Source of the DNA: the human T2T-CHM13v2.0 reference genome, Homo sapiens
Strand: one strand, 5' to 3'
DNA: 64,000 nt
NCBI RefSeq assembly: GCF_009914755.1
Contig: NC_060927.1
The translations under genes were made by a program, and so were the position numbers. Below are positions 42,299 through 55,338 of this stretch, piece by piece; positions within the stretch are counted from its first letter, which is position 1; the number at the start of each line of letters is the position of its first letter. Under the pieces are notes generated by a model that worked only from the letters and a program-made list of their open reading frames with translations, was not told the origin of the DNA and did no database searches.

Positions 42299-42548
42299 AT
42301 TATTACACATTGACTATAATTATTACTCATTATTGCACTGGTTTGTTAGCATTTTGGCAATTGATGCATGTCTTATTATCCACAATTTTAATTAGTGGGG
42401 TCACCTATGGGTCTCATCAAATTATTATTATTACACATTGACTACAATTATTACTCATTATTACACTGGTTTGTTAGCATTTTGGCAATTGATGCATGTC
42501 TTATTATCCACAATTTTAATTAGTGGGGTCATCTATGGGTCTCATCAA
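42299..42548 (+). repeat. Tandem duplication of 122 bp (42299-42420; 42427-42548) with ATTATT spacer
   Basis: Copies differ at 3 positions by eye. Confidence 0.95.
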
Positions 42549-43047
42549 GTTGTTTCAAATAATTATTATGTCCTTTGGATGCTCAGGTTACCACACTTAA
42601 TGATAGTGGCAGCATCTTCTATCTCCCCCTGAAGTATTTGAAAACATCCTCACTTTATGGAAACGACAGATTGTCCCAGACCATCTTGATTTACCTTTGC
42701 CCAAAGTCACTTGTGTGCTATTTTGTAAGATCTCTTCTTGCCTGGTAGGAGAATGTCATGAGACTATGACAATGAGTGGGGGTGGAGAGCCCTGGGCTGC
42801 TGCTGCCCCCCTGGGCCTTTGAGTGGCCAAGGTGGAAAAGTGATTTATTTCTGAGGCCATTAGGTCATATTGATTCTCTAAATTTAATTCTAACATTACT
42901 AAATCATTTTGAAATTTTTCTTTTAATGTAAAGATTTAAAACGTATTTTCTAGAGAAAATACTAAATTAAAATTGTAACCACTCACAGCAGCCCTGATAA
43001 CACTCTTTCTCTTTCAGTTTGAGATTTTATCAACCCCAAAGACCATC

Positions 43048-43507
43048 TGATGCAGGAGAATAGGGATATAGGGTAATCAAGAGTTAAGGCATAAGCAATA
43101 GGGCAGCAGGTGTAGTCAGTTAGTTCTAGGCAAGATTAGGCAGCATATAGGCCACATCCTCACTCCTGTGATAACAAGACTGTCTCCACTTCAGCCTCTA
43201 ATTGGCCATGGGCCAGTCCTTCATAGGGTATAACCAGCTGGAGGCCTCTAAACAGCACCTGGGGTGTTACCAAATTCTTTTTGCTTAATAAAAACCCTAA
43301 AGAACACTGTGATCAAGGCTCTTGAGCTGCTCGCTGGAGCCTGCTCCCACTCTGTAGAGTGTACTTTCACTTCAATCAATCTGCACTTTCATTGCTTCTT
43401 TCATTGCTTCATTCTGTTGTTGCTTTATTTGTGCATTTTCTTCAATTCTTTGTTCAATGTGCCAAGAACCTGGACAACTCACAGTCAAGACTTTCCATCC
43501 AGTAACA
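43048..43507 (+). mobile_element. ERV1 solo LTR, followed by MLT1-like MaLR LTR (~43513-43962)
   Basis: TG...CA with 4-bp TSD CATC; MLT1 motifs downstream. Confidence 0.78.
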
Positions 43508-44607
43508 CATCTGTATTCGTTTTCTAGGACTGCTGTAGCAAAGTACCATGAACTGGGTGGTTTAAGCAACATAAATATCTTGTCTGGTACCTCTGGAGGC
43601 TAGAATTCCAAGATCATGATGTTGGCAGGGTTGGGTCCTCCTGAGAGCTGTGAGGAGAATCTGTTCCAGGCCACTGTCCTCGCTTCTGGTGGTTTGCTGC
43701 TGATCTTTGGTGTTGCTTGACTCACAGACACATCACTCCAATCTCTGCCTTTATGTTCACATGGCCTGTGTGCATGTCTTCTGTGTCCAAACTCCCCCTT
43801 TTCATGAGGACACCAGTCTTTTTGGATTAGGGGTCCACCCTATCCCAGTGTGACCGCATCTTAACTAATTACATTTTCAAGGTCCCTATTTCCAAATAAG
43901 GTCACATTCTGAGGTAATGTGGATTAGGACTTCAATATATGAATTTATTGAACCCACAACACTTTTCAATACCTAGACAATGGAATCAAAGAGGCTGTTT
44001 TACTCATAGGGTCTTTCTGGTTCATCTTTGTACCTGCAGGTTACCCTGACTGGGCCCCTAGACCTCCTTCCATCTCTCAACCCTCTCACCTTTTCCCAGC
44101 AGGCTCTGCATCAAAGGGAATGTGGCCCCTTTAGTGGGGGACCTGGGCCATCTTGGCATGGTAATGCGTCAGCCCCAGACTAGTTACCTTAAGTCTCTGA
44201 GTCTCAGTTTCTTCATCTGTAGAATGAGATAATCATATTACTGGCCTCTCCAAGTTGTTGTGAGGATTAAATGCAACAGAGCCTGGAGAGCCTTCAGCAA
44301 GTCTTTGATGAGCTATGAGTGCACATTACACATTTGCTGTCACCATTCCTATTAGCAGAGCCAGGCAGTTGGAGGGCCCTGGGCCAGGCACACTGCCCAG
44401 CCCTGTGTCTACCTGCAGTGAGATTGTGAACCAGCTGTTTCACTCCTGAGGCCTCTAGTCCTTATCTGTATAAAATGTTTTTGGAAAAAAATTCTCCCTC
44501 AGTCCTCTTCAGGCCACATATTTGATGGTTCGGTGAGGGGCATGGGTCATCCTAACTATGGCTCATGGCTCTCCTGCGTTAGGCTCACCTGGGCTTTCCC
44601 TCCCCAG

Positions 44608-44786
44608 AGAACCTGGCAAACAAGGCTGACAAGGACCAGTATGAGCTGCTTTGCCTGAACAACACCCAGAAGCTGGTAGTTGGATACAAGGACTGCCATT
44701 TGGCCTGGGTCCTTTCTCATACTGTCATGGCCTGAAGTGTGGGTGGCAAGGAGGACTTGATCTAGAAGCTTCTCAACCAGGTCCAG
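44608..44786 (+). pseudogene. INHCAP: Exon 7: [58 protein letters not shown]
   Basis: 179 nt, AG/GT; TGA at 44733-44735, TAG at 44763-44765. Confidence 0.94.
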
Positions 44787-46044
44787 GTATCCCCACCTGC
44801 CATCTTCCCCTCTGGCTTAGTGCTCCCTGCTTGGATTTGGAGGGAGGTTAACTTCCTTGCCTTCTTGTCATTCTGGAAGTCCTGGTATGTTCAGGGTACA
44901 GTGGGAGCCATGCCACATGTGATCCTCTTCACTGACAAGCCGCTCAGTCTATATGTGTTATATACAGCAGAGGAATAAAACCTCATCTGGAACCACGAAC
45001 CTGGTGGACTGAAGACTCTCTGCAGAAGTTCTTCTTGTCCCATTTAATTATTTTTCATTCTAAACAGGTCCTCAGGATGAGTTCACATGACCCTCTTCCT
45101 CCACAAAGTCCTCCCCTGTCATCCCATGGCATGTGATCCTGCCCTCCTGACAACTCTGCCAACGCTCTCTCCTTAGCACTGGGGGACTCAGAGATGAACT
45201 TGGCAAAGACTTGTCTTGAGTCATTCACAGATGAGTGTGGGAGGCACACGAGTATGGATTCTTACCTGATGGAATTGGACTACCTCATGGACATGGATGG
45301 CGTCCTTTATGGAGGACAAAGGGACTGATTTGCAGGATGTATCTGGGAAAGTTCCTGGGCCCTGGGGAGTAACTGTGTGCATCCTAAGGAGGTGGGGGGT
45401 GGGGGTTGTCAGGGAGGGCAGCAGGTGGCATTTCATGTAGAGTCACTGCAAAAGCAAACACCAGCCAGCCATTTGAAAGAGCACGTCGGTAGGTGCTGCT
45501 GTGAGCTATGTCAGGAGTGGCTTTGGGCCAGTCAACCGGAGTCATAGGCAAAGAGCCCTTTGGTTTTTGGAGGCCAGAAAGGGGAAGGAACCGTTTGGTG
45601 TCCCACAGCTGGTCCTTCAGTGGCAGGCTTGGCGTGGGGAGAAGAGGAGCTCAGGAAGTCTGATTGCAGCCCATGGTGCTGGATCACCAGCCTCTTTAGG
45701 ATGGAGACCGCCACGGGTGCTTAGGGTGATCAGATGGCTTGAGGGTGAGGCAGCCTTTGCTGAACTGCCCCATGGGAACACAGAGCCTCAGCCCACAGTG
45801 GAAAGGGATGGATCTGGGGGGTGGCCCCTGGCAATTTCCCCGAGGCCACACCAGGCAGACAAGCTGGGATCTGAGGAGAGCTTTCCCTCACCATGAGCCA
45901 GGGATGCTGGGGAGCTTGGCCACCATCTTCACCCTCAGACACTCATATCTTGCTTTCTGTTTCCCTTGTCTGTTTTGGGGTTTGTTTTACCTTTACCTCT
46001 ATGCCGTCCTTCTTCCTTCACCATCTCTTTTGTCCTTTGAACAG

Positions 46045-46216
46045 GAACATTTTGGAAAAGACAAGTCGTCAGAATTTCAGCTCTTTGGCTCTCCTCATGA
46101 GACAGATCTGCTGTTTACTGATGCTGCCCATGGGTTTTTAATGGTCCCACCTAAGATAGATGCCAAGCTGTACCTGGGATATGAGTATTTTTCCGCGACT
46201 CAGGATCCAAAAAGAG
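46045..46216 (+). pseudogene. INHCAP: Exon 8: [57 protein letters not shown]
   Basis: Open frame, AG/GT (GTATGT). Confidence 0.93.
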
Positions 46217-47100
46217 GTATGTAAGGTCCCGGGAGGGACCTGGCCAGCTTGGGCAGCAGGGTGGGGTGGAGCCATCATGGGAGGCTTTCCAGGTGCCTGC
46301 AAGCTTCACCCAAAGTTTATTGGCCTGCAGAGCCCAAGGGAGCTACTAACTGCATTGGGTTAATGAGGGGGTTTTCTGTGATTAGAAAGTGGCTTTAATG
46401 GCCTTCATATTCTAGAAAACTTGAAGACATGATTGCCCTGGCTCCTTTTTATTAGGTGGGGTCATCCCACCCAGGGTGAGTCTATTCGACATGGAGTATA
46501 AAAATAGTCCATCTTAAACTGAAGTGGGAATGTGGCCACTACCACCATCCAGAGGTTTCTGGTCTGGCCATCTACTGGATCTCTATGGTTTATTTCTTCC
46601 TTCTTTCCTTCTTCTAGCTTTGCCCTCCATTTAGTCAACCAGTAGGTATTTGCATCTACAGAAGGGCAGCCACTGTGTTAGACGTGGGCATATGGTGGTG
46701 AGCAAAGACACTGGGTGAGGGGAGAGCAAGCAGGCCCACCCAGAACAGAACTCGTGACTGCCAAGTGGGACATGCTTCCTGGATGGGGAGCCCAGTCTTG
46801 CAAGAGAAAACCCCAGAAGACCCTGAGCTGGGCTGGTGCTCAGAGAGGCCTCCCTGGGGAGGTGATGCCTGAGGAGCTGAGGTCAGGAGCAGGGGGAAGC
46901 TCTGTCTTCACTGATTGATTTTTCTGAGAAGTGAGTTCCCCATTTCTCCTGGAGGGTGACAGGCAGGAATTAGCAGTGTCATGGGAATGAGACATGTCAG
47001 CTCTGCTGCTGCCAGTGAAGGCCTTGTTGGACAGCCACTCTGCAGCGCTAAGCTCCCAGACCTACCTGGGGCTTCCTTTGGATCCCTCCACCCGGCCTAG

Positions 47101-47242
47101 ATGTGGAAGACTCCCCAGGGTGCGGTGGTGCGCAGTGGGCCACCATGAGAGGGCCAAGTGTGATGAGTGGAGTGCTGTGACTGGTGGTGCCTTGGCGTGC
47201 ACCATGGAGGAGACCCCAGAGGACTGCATCACTGCCATCACA
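47101..47242 (+). pseudogene. INHCAP: Exon 9: DVEDS-fs-RVRWCAVGHHERAKCDEWSAVTGGALACTMEETPEDCITAIT
   Basis: C-lobe start motif WCAV..E..KC; length is 1 nt short of the expected phase. Confidence 0.88.
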
Positions 47243-47726
47243 GTTGGAGGGCCCTGCTTTTAAGGCTGGGCTCAGACACTCAGACACACAGCACTTCTGC
47301 CAAATCTGGCATTGAAGCTCTCCTTCCCAAATGCCTCTTCCTCAGCCTCCAGGATAAGGACACCTGTTGTGTGCTGCCTCCCACCCACCCCACAGGCCCC
47401 TCCAGCTCTGGGCAGGGCAGAAACACAGAGCCAATCCAAGAGCTGGACTCCTGGGGGGCTCAGCTCTGGAGTCCAGTTAGCTCAGGGGAGTGTCTTGCCT
47501 AGGAGTCCCAGGAAGTAGGGTGACATTCCGGGCTATGGTCAGGGCTACTGTGAATTGTGAAAGCAGATCAACCTTTTCAATCCTTTAATTGTAAGTTTAT
47601 TTTTTCTGGTTATAAAATATTACAATAAATAAATAAAAATAGGGCTGCAGTGAGCCATGGTCACACCATTGCACTCTAGCCTGGGTGACAGAGCAAGACC
47701 CTGTCTCTAAAAAAATCAGAAAGTAA

Positions 47727-47808
47727 AAATAAAATCATTCACAACTTCATCACTCAGAGATTATGTGATGATGATCTCTGAGTGACGAAGTTGTGAATGA
47801 TTTTATTT
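47727..47808. repeat. Inverted repeat, 35-bp arms, 1 mismatch, 12-nt spacer
   Basis: aaataaaatcattcacaacttcatcactcagagat / atctctgagtgacgaagttgtgaatgattttattt. Confidence 0.93.
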
Positions 47809-49386
47809 ATTTTATTTATTATGATCTCTGAGCGATGAAATTGTGTTGTTATTAACTTTATGAGCAGAACTATTTTTGTGATTAGGAAAAAATAAACTTA
47901 TAAATAAAGAATGAAAATTTGACAAACTTAGAAGGCTATGCAACCATTTCATTTTGTTTTGTTTAACTTGAGAAGACCCTCATCTTGGTAAACCTTCCTA
48001 GCACCAATTCCTAAGATTAAGATCTTGATGGTTATGTAGTCTACTAAATGTGTCAATTGTAAGGATTAAGTAAATCTCAGTACATATAACATTGCCTGGC
48101 ATATAGTTAGCAGTAACTAAGTGTTAGCTGTTATTATTATTCAAAATCCCAGGGACAGTTGGTATATTTTCTTAAATAATGAAACACTCATTTAAATAAT
48201 GGCTATGTAATATTCCACCAAGTATGTTAGCCTCCATTTAACCAGTTTCTCAGTGTTTATATTTGAGTTATTTCCAAATCCTTTGCTATTATAGACAATG
48301 TGGGATTGAAAAATCTTTGTATCTATAAATGCCTATATTTCTGAGTATATCTTTAATATTAATGGTAACTAATTTTTCTGGAGTTACTGTGTGACAAGCA
48401 TGTTTATGAGCTCTTAAACTGTATTACTCATTTAGTCTTCATGATAAACCTATAGGGTATAATTTTTACCCAACTTATGGATGAAAACATGTAAATAGCA
48501 TAGTATTGAGGGAAACGTGCTTTAGGGTAGACAGATCTTGGAGGCCATCTGGAATAGTGGTTACAAGGAATTAAATTGCCTAGGTTTAAGTCTTAGCCGC
48601 TGTTGATTGGACAAATTTAACCTTTCTGCTTTCATTTATAAAAGAGGGGAAATTCTAGTATCTAGCTTATTGAAGTTTGTGAGGAATATATGAGGTAATC
48701 ACTGTGAAGTGTTTAGAAAGGAGCCTGGCACATAATAAGGCTTGGTAAGTTTTTGCTGCTGTAGTCACTGTTTTTAGATTTCTAGAAGGGTAGTGAAAAG
48801 GTCAAAAACAAAGAGCATGTATATGCATGTTTTTATCTTGGTGACCTTATCTATAAGTATACATTTTTTACTCTATTAGAAAAATTAATTGATTAAAATA
48901 ATAAGTGAATTATTAGTGTATTATCTAGAGAAATGAATTATTTATTGAAAATCTTTGTTGTGCCAGGCACTGAGTACAGTGCTAGTGGGATTATGGGAAC
49001 AGATTTGAACTCCATTATCTGGAAGAAACATATCCCATAGAAACAGGTTAAATGCATTTCCTGAGTCTGGCCATGTTAATTGCTGGGTTGAGTGACTATA
49101 GCCACAAAGAAGGGGTGGTGAGGTCATATCCAGGACGCAGCATGGGTCTCATCAGAGGACACAGAGATGTCCAGGGGGCATGACCTGGGTTGGAACTTGT
49201 TCCCAGGTCAACAGGCCAAGAGCATGTCCAGTTTTCTAAACCCTGTGTTTACATGGCAGAAGCTTTGAGTGATCCACAATTGGTTAATCACAAGGATGTT
49301 TACATGAAGCCAGTGAAATGAGAACCTCTGAGGGTCAGAGGCCCAGGAGACAGCTATTGTGCTATTGATTTGTTTCTTAACTTCAG

Positions 49387-49477
49387 AAAGGGGAAGCTGA
49401 TGCCATGAGCTTGGATGCAGGATTCATCTACATAGCAGGGAAATGTGGTCTGGTGCCTGTCCTGGCAGAGAACTACA
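49387..49477 (+). pseudogene. INHCAP: Exon 10: [30 protein letters not shown]
   Basis: 91 nt, open frame, cag|...|gtaagt. Confidence 0.94.
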
Positions 49478-50139
49478 GTAAGTGGAGGGGAGTGTCCGTC
49501 TCCATTTTTTCTGTCCACAGTTCCCCTGGGCTGTGGGCATAGAAAGATGAGGAAATAACTTAGTTTAGTGTTGAGATAATAACTATTGTTGGAATGTATG
49601 GAGCTAGTAGAAAAAAAAAGTCTCCCTCTCCTGGAGCCAGAAACAATTAAGATATAGACAAAGGAATCAGGCAGAAAGAGATCAAAATAACACCTTTACT
49701 TCTGAGATTGTGATACTGGAGTGTGTGATGTAGAGCTGGCACGGGGCTGCAAGTCACCCTTACCTTAAAGTTGCCCACTAGTTCAGGAAAATGGGTCTGA
49801 TGGCTTATGCCAAGACTAAGGGCAAAGGGAAACACATTTTATCATAGGTGAGAAGACCCAAACAACTCTCTCCCCATTGTCTTCAAGAAAGAAAGAGGGG
49901 CTGAGCCACATGTGCTCATGATCCTTCACCCAGATGCACTGGGTGGTTGAGAAGGTGGGGCTGCAAGGTCATGTTCTTTAGTGGGGATCCATCCACATGG
50001 AAAAATGAAGCTGGTGTAAAAGAGGGTTTCCCTAATATCATTGATTACACCTCATCTGCTACATTATCTTTCAAAACAAAACGACTCTGTGAGGTAAATA
50101 GTGGTATCTCCATTTTATAGCTGTAAAAACTGAGGCTTA

Positions 50140-50563
<424 letters not shown>

Positions 50564-50899
50564 CTAAGACTCTGAAGGGAAGAAAGATATCAGGATGACT
50601 TATTACACAGCTAATGCAAAGGGATATGACCTCTCCCTCTCTTTCCCTTCAATGAGCACCTCCACTTTCTTTGCCTGCATCTGCTAGAGTACTGGGGAGA
50701 TTTTGGGATGGAACCTATCTTCAAATAGGAAAGAGCAGAAGAGGGTAAAATGGGCTTGCAGAACCTTAACCCACTGATACCCAATGATACCTTGCTCATA
50801 TTATTATTGACTATTGAGATTGAGAAGCTCCTGACTTTGGATGGAGTAATGTGAGGGTTTAATGTCATGTACCTTGATTGTTTTTCTTTTTCTTTTTAG

Positions 50900-50938
50900 A
50901 GCAGTTTAGGTCTAAGTGTGTGAATTTACCCATGGAAG
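50900..50938 (+). pseudogene. INHCAP: Exon 11: KQFRSKCVNLPMEG
   Basis: 39 nt, phase 1-1, long polypyrimidine tract + AG, donor GTGAGT. Confidence 0.85.
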
Positions 50939-52352
50939 GTGAGTTAGAATCAGTAATACTGGCTCAAAGGTAAAGGCCCATTGTTGGGGAGAGGAAAGCT
51001 TAAAAACAAATAAAAATGACTGGAGGTGGAAAAAAATTCACAGTTAATTGTTAAGATGCAAACCTATCCTGGGGTGTAATAATACTATTTGCAGGGCACT
51101 TTATAGTTGGCAAAGGACTCCTGTTTGCACTATTCCTGTTCCCTCTTCTCAGCAACCCTGGAGTATGTGGGCATTGTTGTCTCATGTTATGGAGCTGGAG
51201 TCTGAGACTCAGGGACTGAGTGACTTGCCCAGGGCCACACTGCCAGGAGGCGGCTGCACCTGGGTTTCAGAAGAGGAGGAATGGCTGGAAACCCCAGGCC
51301 CTTCCTGGCACCACACTGCGCCTGAGCACATGCTGCCTGCCCATCTCTGTGTGAAGGTCCACACTGGGGCCCATTCCTGGCATTTCTGGACTAAGTAGAG
51401 ACCTCACGAGAGAAGGAGATTCATAGATGCTGATAATGAAGATGAGGAGGAAAATAAAATCCACCTTTCAGCTTTTAGCCAGCTGGAGCTTGATGGCAGG
51501 GGAGTTGATCAGTCTTTAGAGTAGAAGACCACCACTAGGAGGCAAGTTCCTCCGTTTTGTGCCTCCAGATAAGCAGAGAGGGTCTGTCTCTAGTACCTAC
51601 TCCTGGAAAATGGATAGAACAGTGGTTCTCAGGTGTAGTCTCTGGACCAGCAGCATCAGCATCCCCTAGGAGTTTGTTGGGAACAAAAATTCTGGGGCTC
51701 CATCCTAGATCTGAGTCAGAAGCTCTGAGGCTGGGGCTAGCAATCTATGTTTTAACAAATTTAATGCGCATTATGGTTTGAAAACTGCTGTGATAGAGAA
51801 TTCCCTGAGGTGAAAACCAAGTGCATACTTGGGTTTAGAGTTTCTTCTGAGGCAGGAGGGCTGGGGAAGTTGAGGGATTTAGAGCATCACAGCACAAGGA
51901 GCTGTGGTCTCTGTCCCCTGCTGAGCACTGGGTCATAGGACCCTGCACAGCCCACCCTGCACAAAGGCCACTGGAGTGCAAAGTTGAGGCATCATTTCCC
52001 TGCTCACCTGCAGCAGCTCCCCTTCCTGTGTGGCAGGACCCCAGCCCGGGGATATGCTGTACCTCATCCCTCTCTGCTGTCATGTCTAAGAAGCCTTCTT
52101 TAAATTGTGTCTTCATCCCTAATCCTGAAGTCCAGCAAACAATCTTCTATCTGCTATGTATTCTATTCTGATCATTTATAGTCAGAAACAACCCTAACTG
52201 CTTCAAGAGTAGTTGACATATTCAGAAACTGCAATGATACACAAATGTAGATCAGCAAGCATACTTAGAGGATGGTTTAGTCACCAGCAGAGTGACTGAC
52301 TGTGATGGAGAAGGTGCCATCTGAGTAGAGAGGGGGAGAGTTAACCTCAGAG

Positions 52353-52353
<1 letters not shown>

Positions 52354-52386
<33 letters not shown>
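52354..52386 (+). repeat. (CA)n microsatellite
   Basis: About 16 CA units. Confidence 0.95.
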
Positions 52387-52389
<3 letters not shown>

Positions 52390-54675
52390 TGGAAAGATGG
52401 ATGACAATAATGAATGCCATAGGTACAGAAATAGTGGCATTGAAGGAAGGCACTATGACAGCATTTGGCTACCAGACTGGTGTCATGGACCGCAGTGTGG
52501 TAGGCAAGGGCTTGCCATGGCCTCAGGAGAACCTGCTTCACTGGGAGGGGCCTCCAGTCCTGCTTCTGCACTACTGCTGGAAAGCCACCTCCCTAACCTG
52601 CTCTTCCCATTCCTGATTTGCCTGTGCTCATATCTGCACCTCTGATCCCCATCAGTCACTCCAGGAGGGGTTCCACTGCCACCATTTAACTGAAGAAAAA
52701 TTTAGGCTCCTAGATGATAAGGACGTGTCTGAGGTCACCTAAGAAGGACAAGACGGACCTTCCATCTGCCATGTTGACTCCCAACTTCTCCAAGTTTGAA
52801 TTTGTAGAGACCTGATCTACAACACAGAGAAAAGGTGTGTACGTGGGGAAAGCAGGGAGTGGTGAGCCGCATTATCGTCTAATTCTAAAAATTTATGATT
52901 CAAATCTTATGATTCTTTTCAGTTTGCAGTTCAACCTAACTCAACAAGCACAATTCAGTTATATAGTATTGGCACTGGAATAAATGAAATATTCATGATA
53001 TTCTCATTAGAATCAGGAGCAAGGCAAGAATGCCCACTCCCACCAAAGACATTCAGCATTATATTGGAAGTAAATGCAGTAAGATAAGAAAAAGAGTTGG
53101 GTTTTTAAATATTGGGAAAGAGAAAAGAGATTAAATTGTCATTATTAGAAAATATTATTGTAAACCTAGAAAATCAGAGACTTAACATTAAAAAATAACT
53201 CATTAAAGCTTTCTTTTGAACTTATATTCAACAGAAAAACTTAAACAAGTGCATACTCATAATTACAAACATTTATAGAAATAAATGGGTTTTAGTAGGG
53301 GAAAATGGGCCACAATAAAAATACCTACTAGTATAGATATGATACATCCATATATAATAAGATATAACTTAGATTCAGCCAAATAAAAGAATGATGTAGC
53401 CATATCTATCACTACTGAATCAAAGAAGTGTCCACAATATATTATTGAGGAGGAATAAAGCAACTCACAGAAAATAATGCAGCAAGACTCCGTCTCAAAA
53501 AAAGAGAAAATAATACATAGCAAGATTCTATTGAAAAAGTACAGTGTATGTAAATATATGTGGGTGCATGTATGTAGACATAGCTAGGGAGCAGTAGTGT
53601 TAGTCTGTTTGGCTCAGTTCCTAATAATGGTAGCTATTGGGAGGGTCCTCTACTAGAGTAACATGAGGGGTTCAAGATATTCCCTCTCCCCAGGGAGAGT
53701 GACAGGCAGGGGCTAGCAGCAGTAGCTCTAAAATATATTTTCAGAGTGCCCTGGAGGTCTGATAATAGTATCTTGGCACCCCTTCCACTAATATATATAT
53801 GTAAATATGTGTGTGCAAACATATATATATAATTTATAATGTGTGTATTTATAAATATGTATACTTATATGTATATATGTATAAATACATAGTATATAAG
53901 TAAATACTATATGTATATATTTAAATGTATAGGTTTTTTTTTTTTTCCGAAAGAGCAACTTGCTGCCAGCAAAGTCTTCTCTGAGATGGTCTTGCTGTCT
54001 GCTTGAAAGGACAGACAGAGTACATCACTGAGGGGTCAGTAAAGAAATGAAGCACTATTTTAAGCAGGAAGGGATTTAATACAGGGAATTAAATGTTAAC
54101 AAAAAGTGGACACTAGGTTCCTGGAATGACTCCCACCCATAGTGAAAGAGAGCTGACTCCCTAGGAGACCTACTACCTGCAAGACCTCTACTAGTACAGT
54201 GATTTCAAGACACATCCTGTAGCTGTGACCAAGGGATAGGAAGCCAGAATTGATAGTGGCTGCTGCTGCTGCATTTGCTGTAATAGCTTCTAATCCTCTA
54301 GGATGGAGAAGGGATACTAGAGATCTGGACAGAAAAACCTAACATCTCCAAGAATTTATTTCCTAGCAGAAAAGAGGTGAGGGGGAAGGCAAAGACCTCT
54401 ATGTGACTTCCACCTTCCAAATTTCACACATCCTTTTACACTAAGAACACAGCTGCAAGGAAACATTGGAAGTGTAGTTTCCATATTTCCAGCCAGAAGG
54501 GGGACAGGATGGAAATGGAGAATACCAGCTCCAGCATAGCCACCATATGGAGATGGCATTTAATGGCCCGGTGCAGGAGGGCTGGCCAGATCTCACTGGA
54601 TCGTACATTCTTCCTCCTCCTTCCCCTTCTCTCCCTGAAAAAGAAGAAATTGCATCTTGGTATTTCAATTTCTAG

Positions 54676-54831
54676 GCTATTATGTCATGGCTGTGGTTAA
54701 GAAATCAGATGCTGATGTCACCTGGAACTCTCTTTGAGGCAAGAAGTCCTGCCACACTGCAGTTGGCACTTCTGCAAGCTGGAACATCCCCATGGGCTTA
54801 ATATACAATCAAACCGGGTCCTGTAAATGTG
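54676..54831 (+). pseudogene. INHCAP: Exon 12: [51 protein letters not shown]
   Basis: 156 nt, AG/GT; TGA at 54735-54737. Confidence 0.94.
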
Positions 54832-55248
54832 GTGAGTATGTTCTGGGAGGTGTTGTGGCAGTTCATTCCCTGTGCCTGTGCCTGGGTAAAGGAGAAATTC
54901 AGTTTGATGAATGGCAGAAAATGCCATAAATGGGTGGTGAGCTTAAGAGCTTGACAGAAATTGTGGGCGAGCCTCACATCTCCTTGAGCAGGTCCTCCTC
55001 CTTCTCATCCTTTTGCTTCTGAGGGAAATACCTTGGCCCAAAGGGCAGATCTCAGGGAAATAGCTCTATTTTTGATGTCTCACAAATGGCTCAGGGAACA
55101 AGCCTGGGTTCGCAAAGCAAGACCAGCCTGGATGCGTTGGTGAGCGCGAGTGTGTTGTTTTCACATATAAACCGAAATGGCTGCCTTCTTAATTGGAAAC
55201 CTTCCACCAGTAAGTCCTGGAGTGCTGTTTTTCATGTTCATCCTCATC

Positions 55249-55338
55249 TCTCCCATCCAAGTACTAGCAAGGCCTGACCCTGCTTAGCTTCCAAGATCAG
55301 ACAAGATCAGGCGCATTCAGGGTGGTATGGCCGTAGAC
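55249..55338 (-). pseudogene. 5S rRNA retropseudogene, first ~90 nt, tailless
   Basis: Reverse complement gtctacggccataccaccctgaa...tagtacttggatgggaga; TSD CATCCTCATCTCTC. Confidence 0.95.

Noticed and set aside
42299-42548. CRISPR-like array
   Set aside because: Two long tandem copies with no unique spacers, in mammalian DNA
55249-55338. Functional 5S rRNA gene
   Set aside because: 3'-truncated, CpG-decayed, flanked by a TSD
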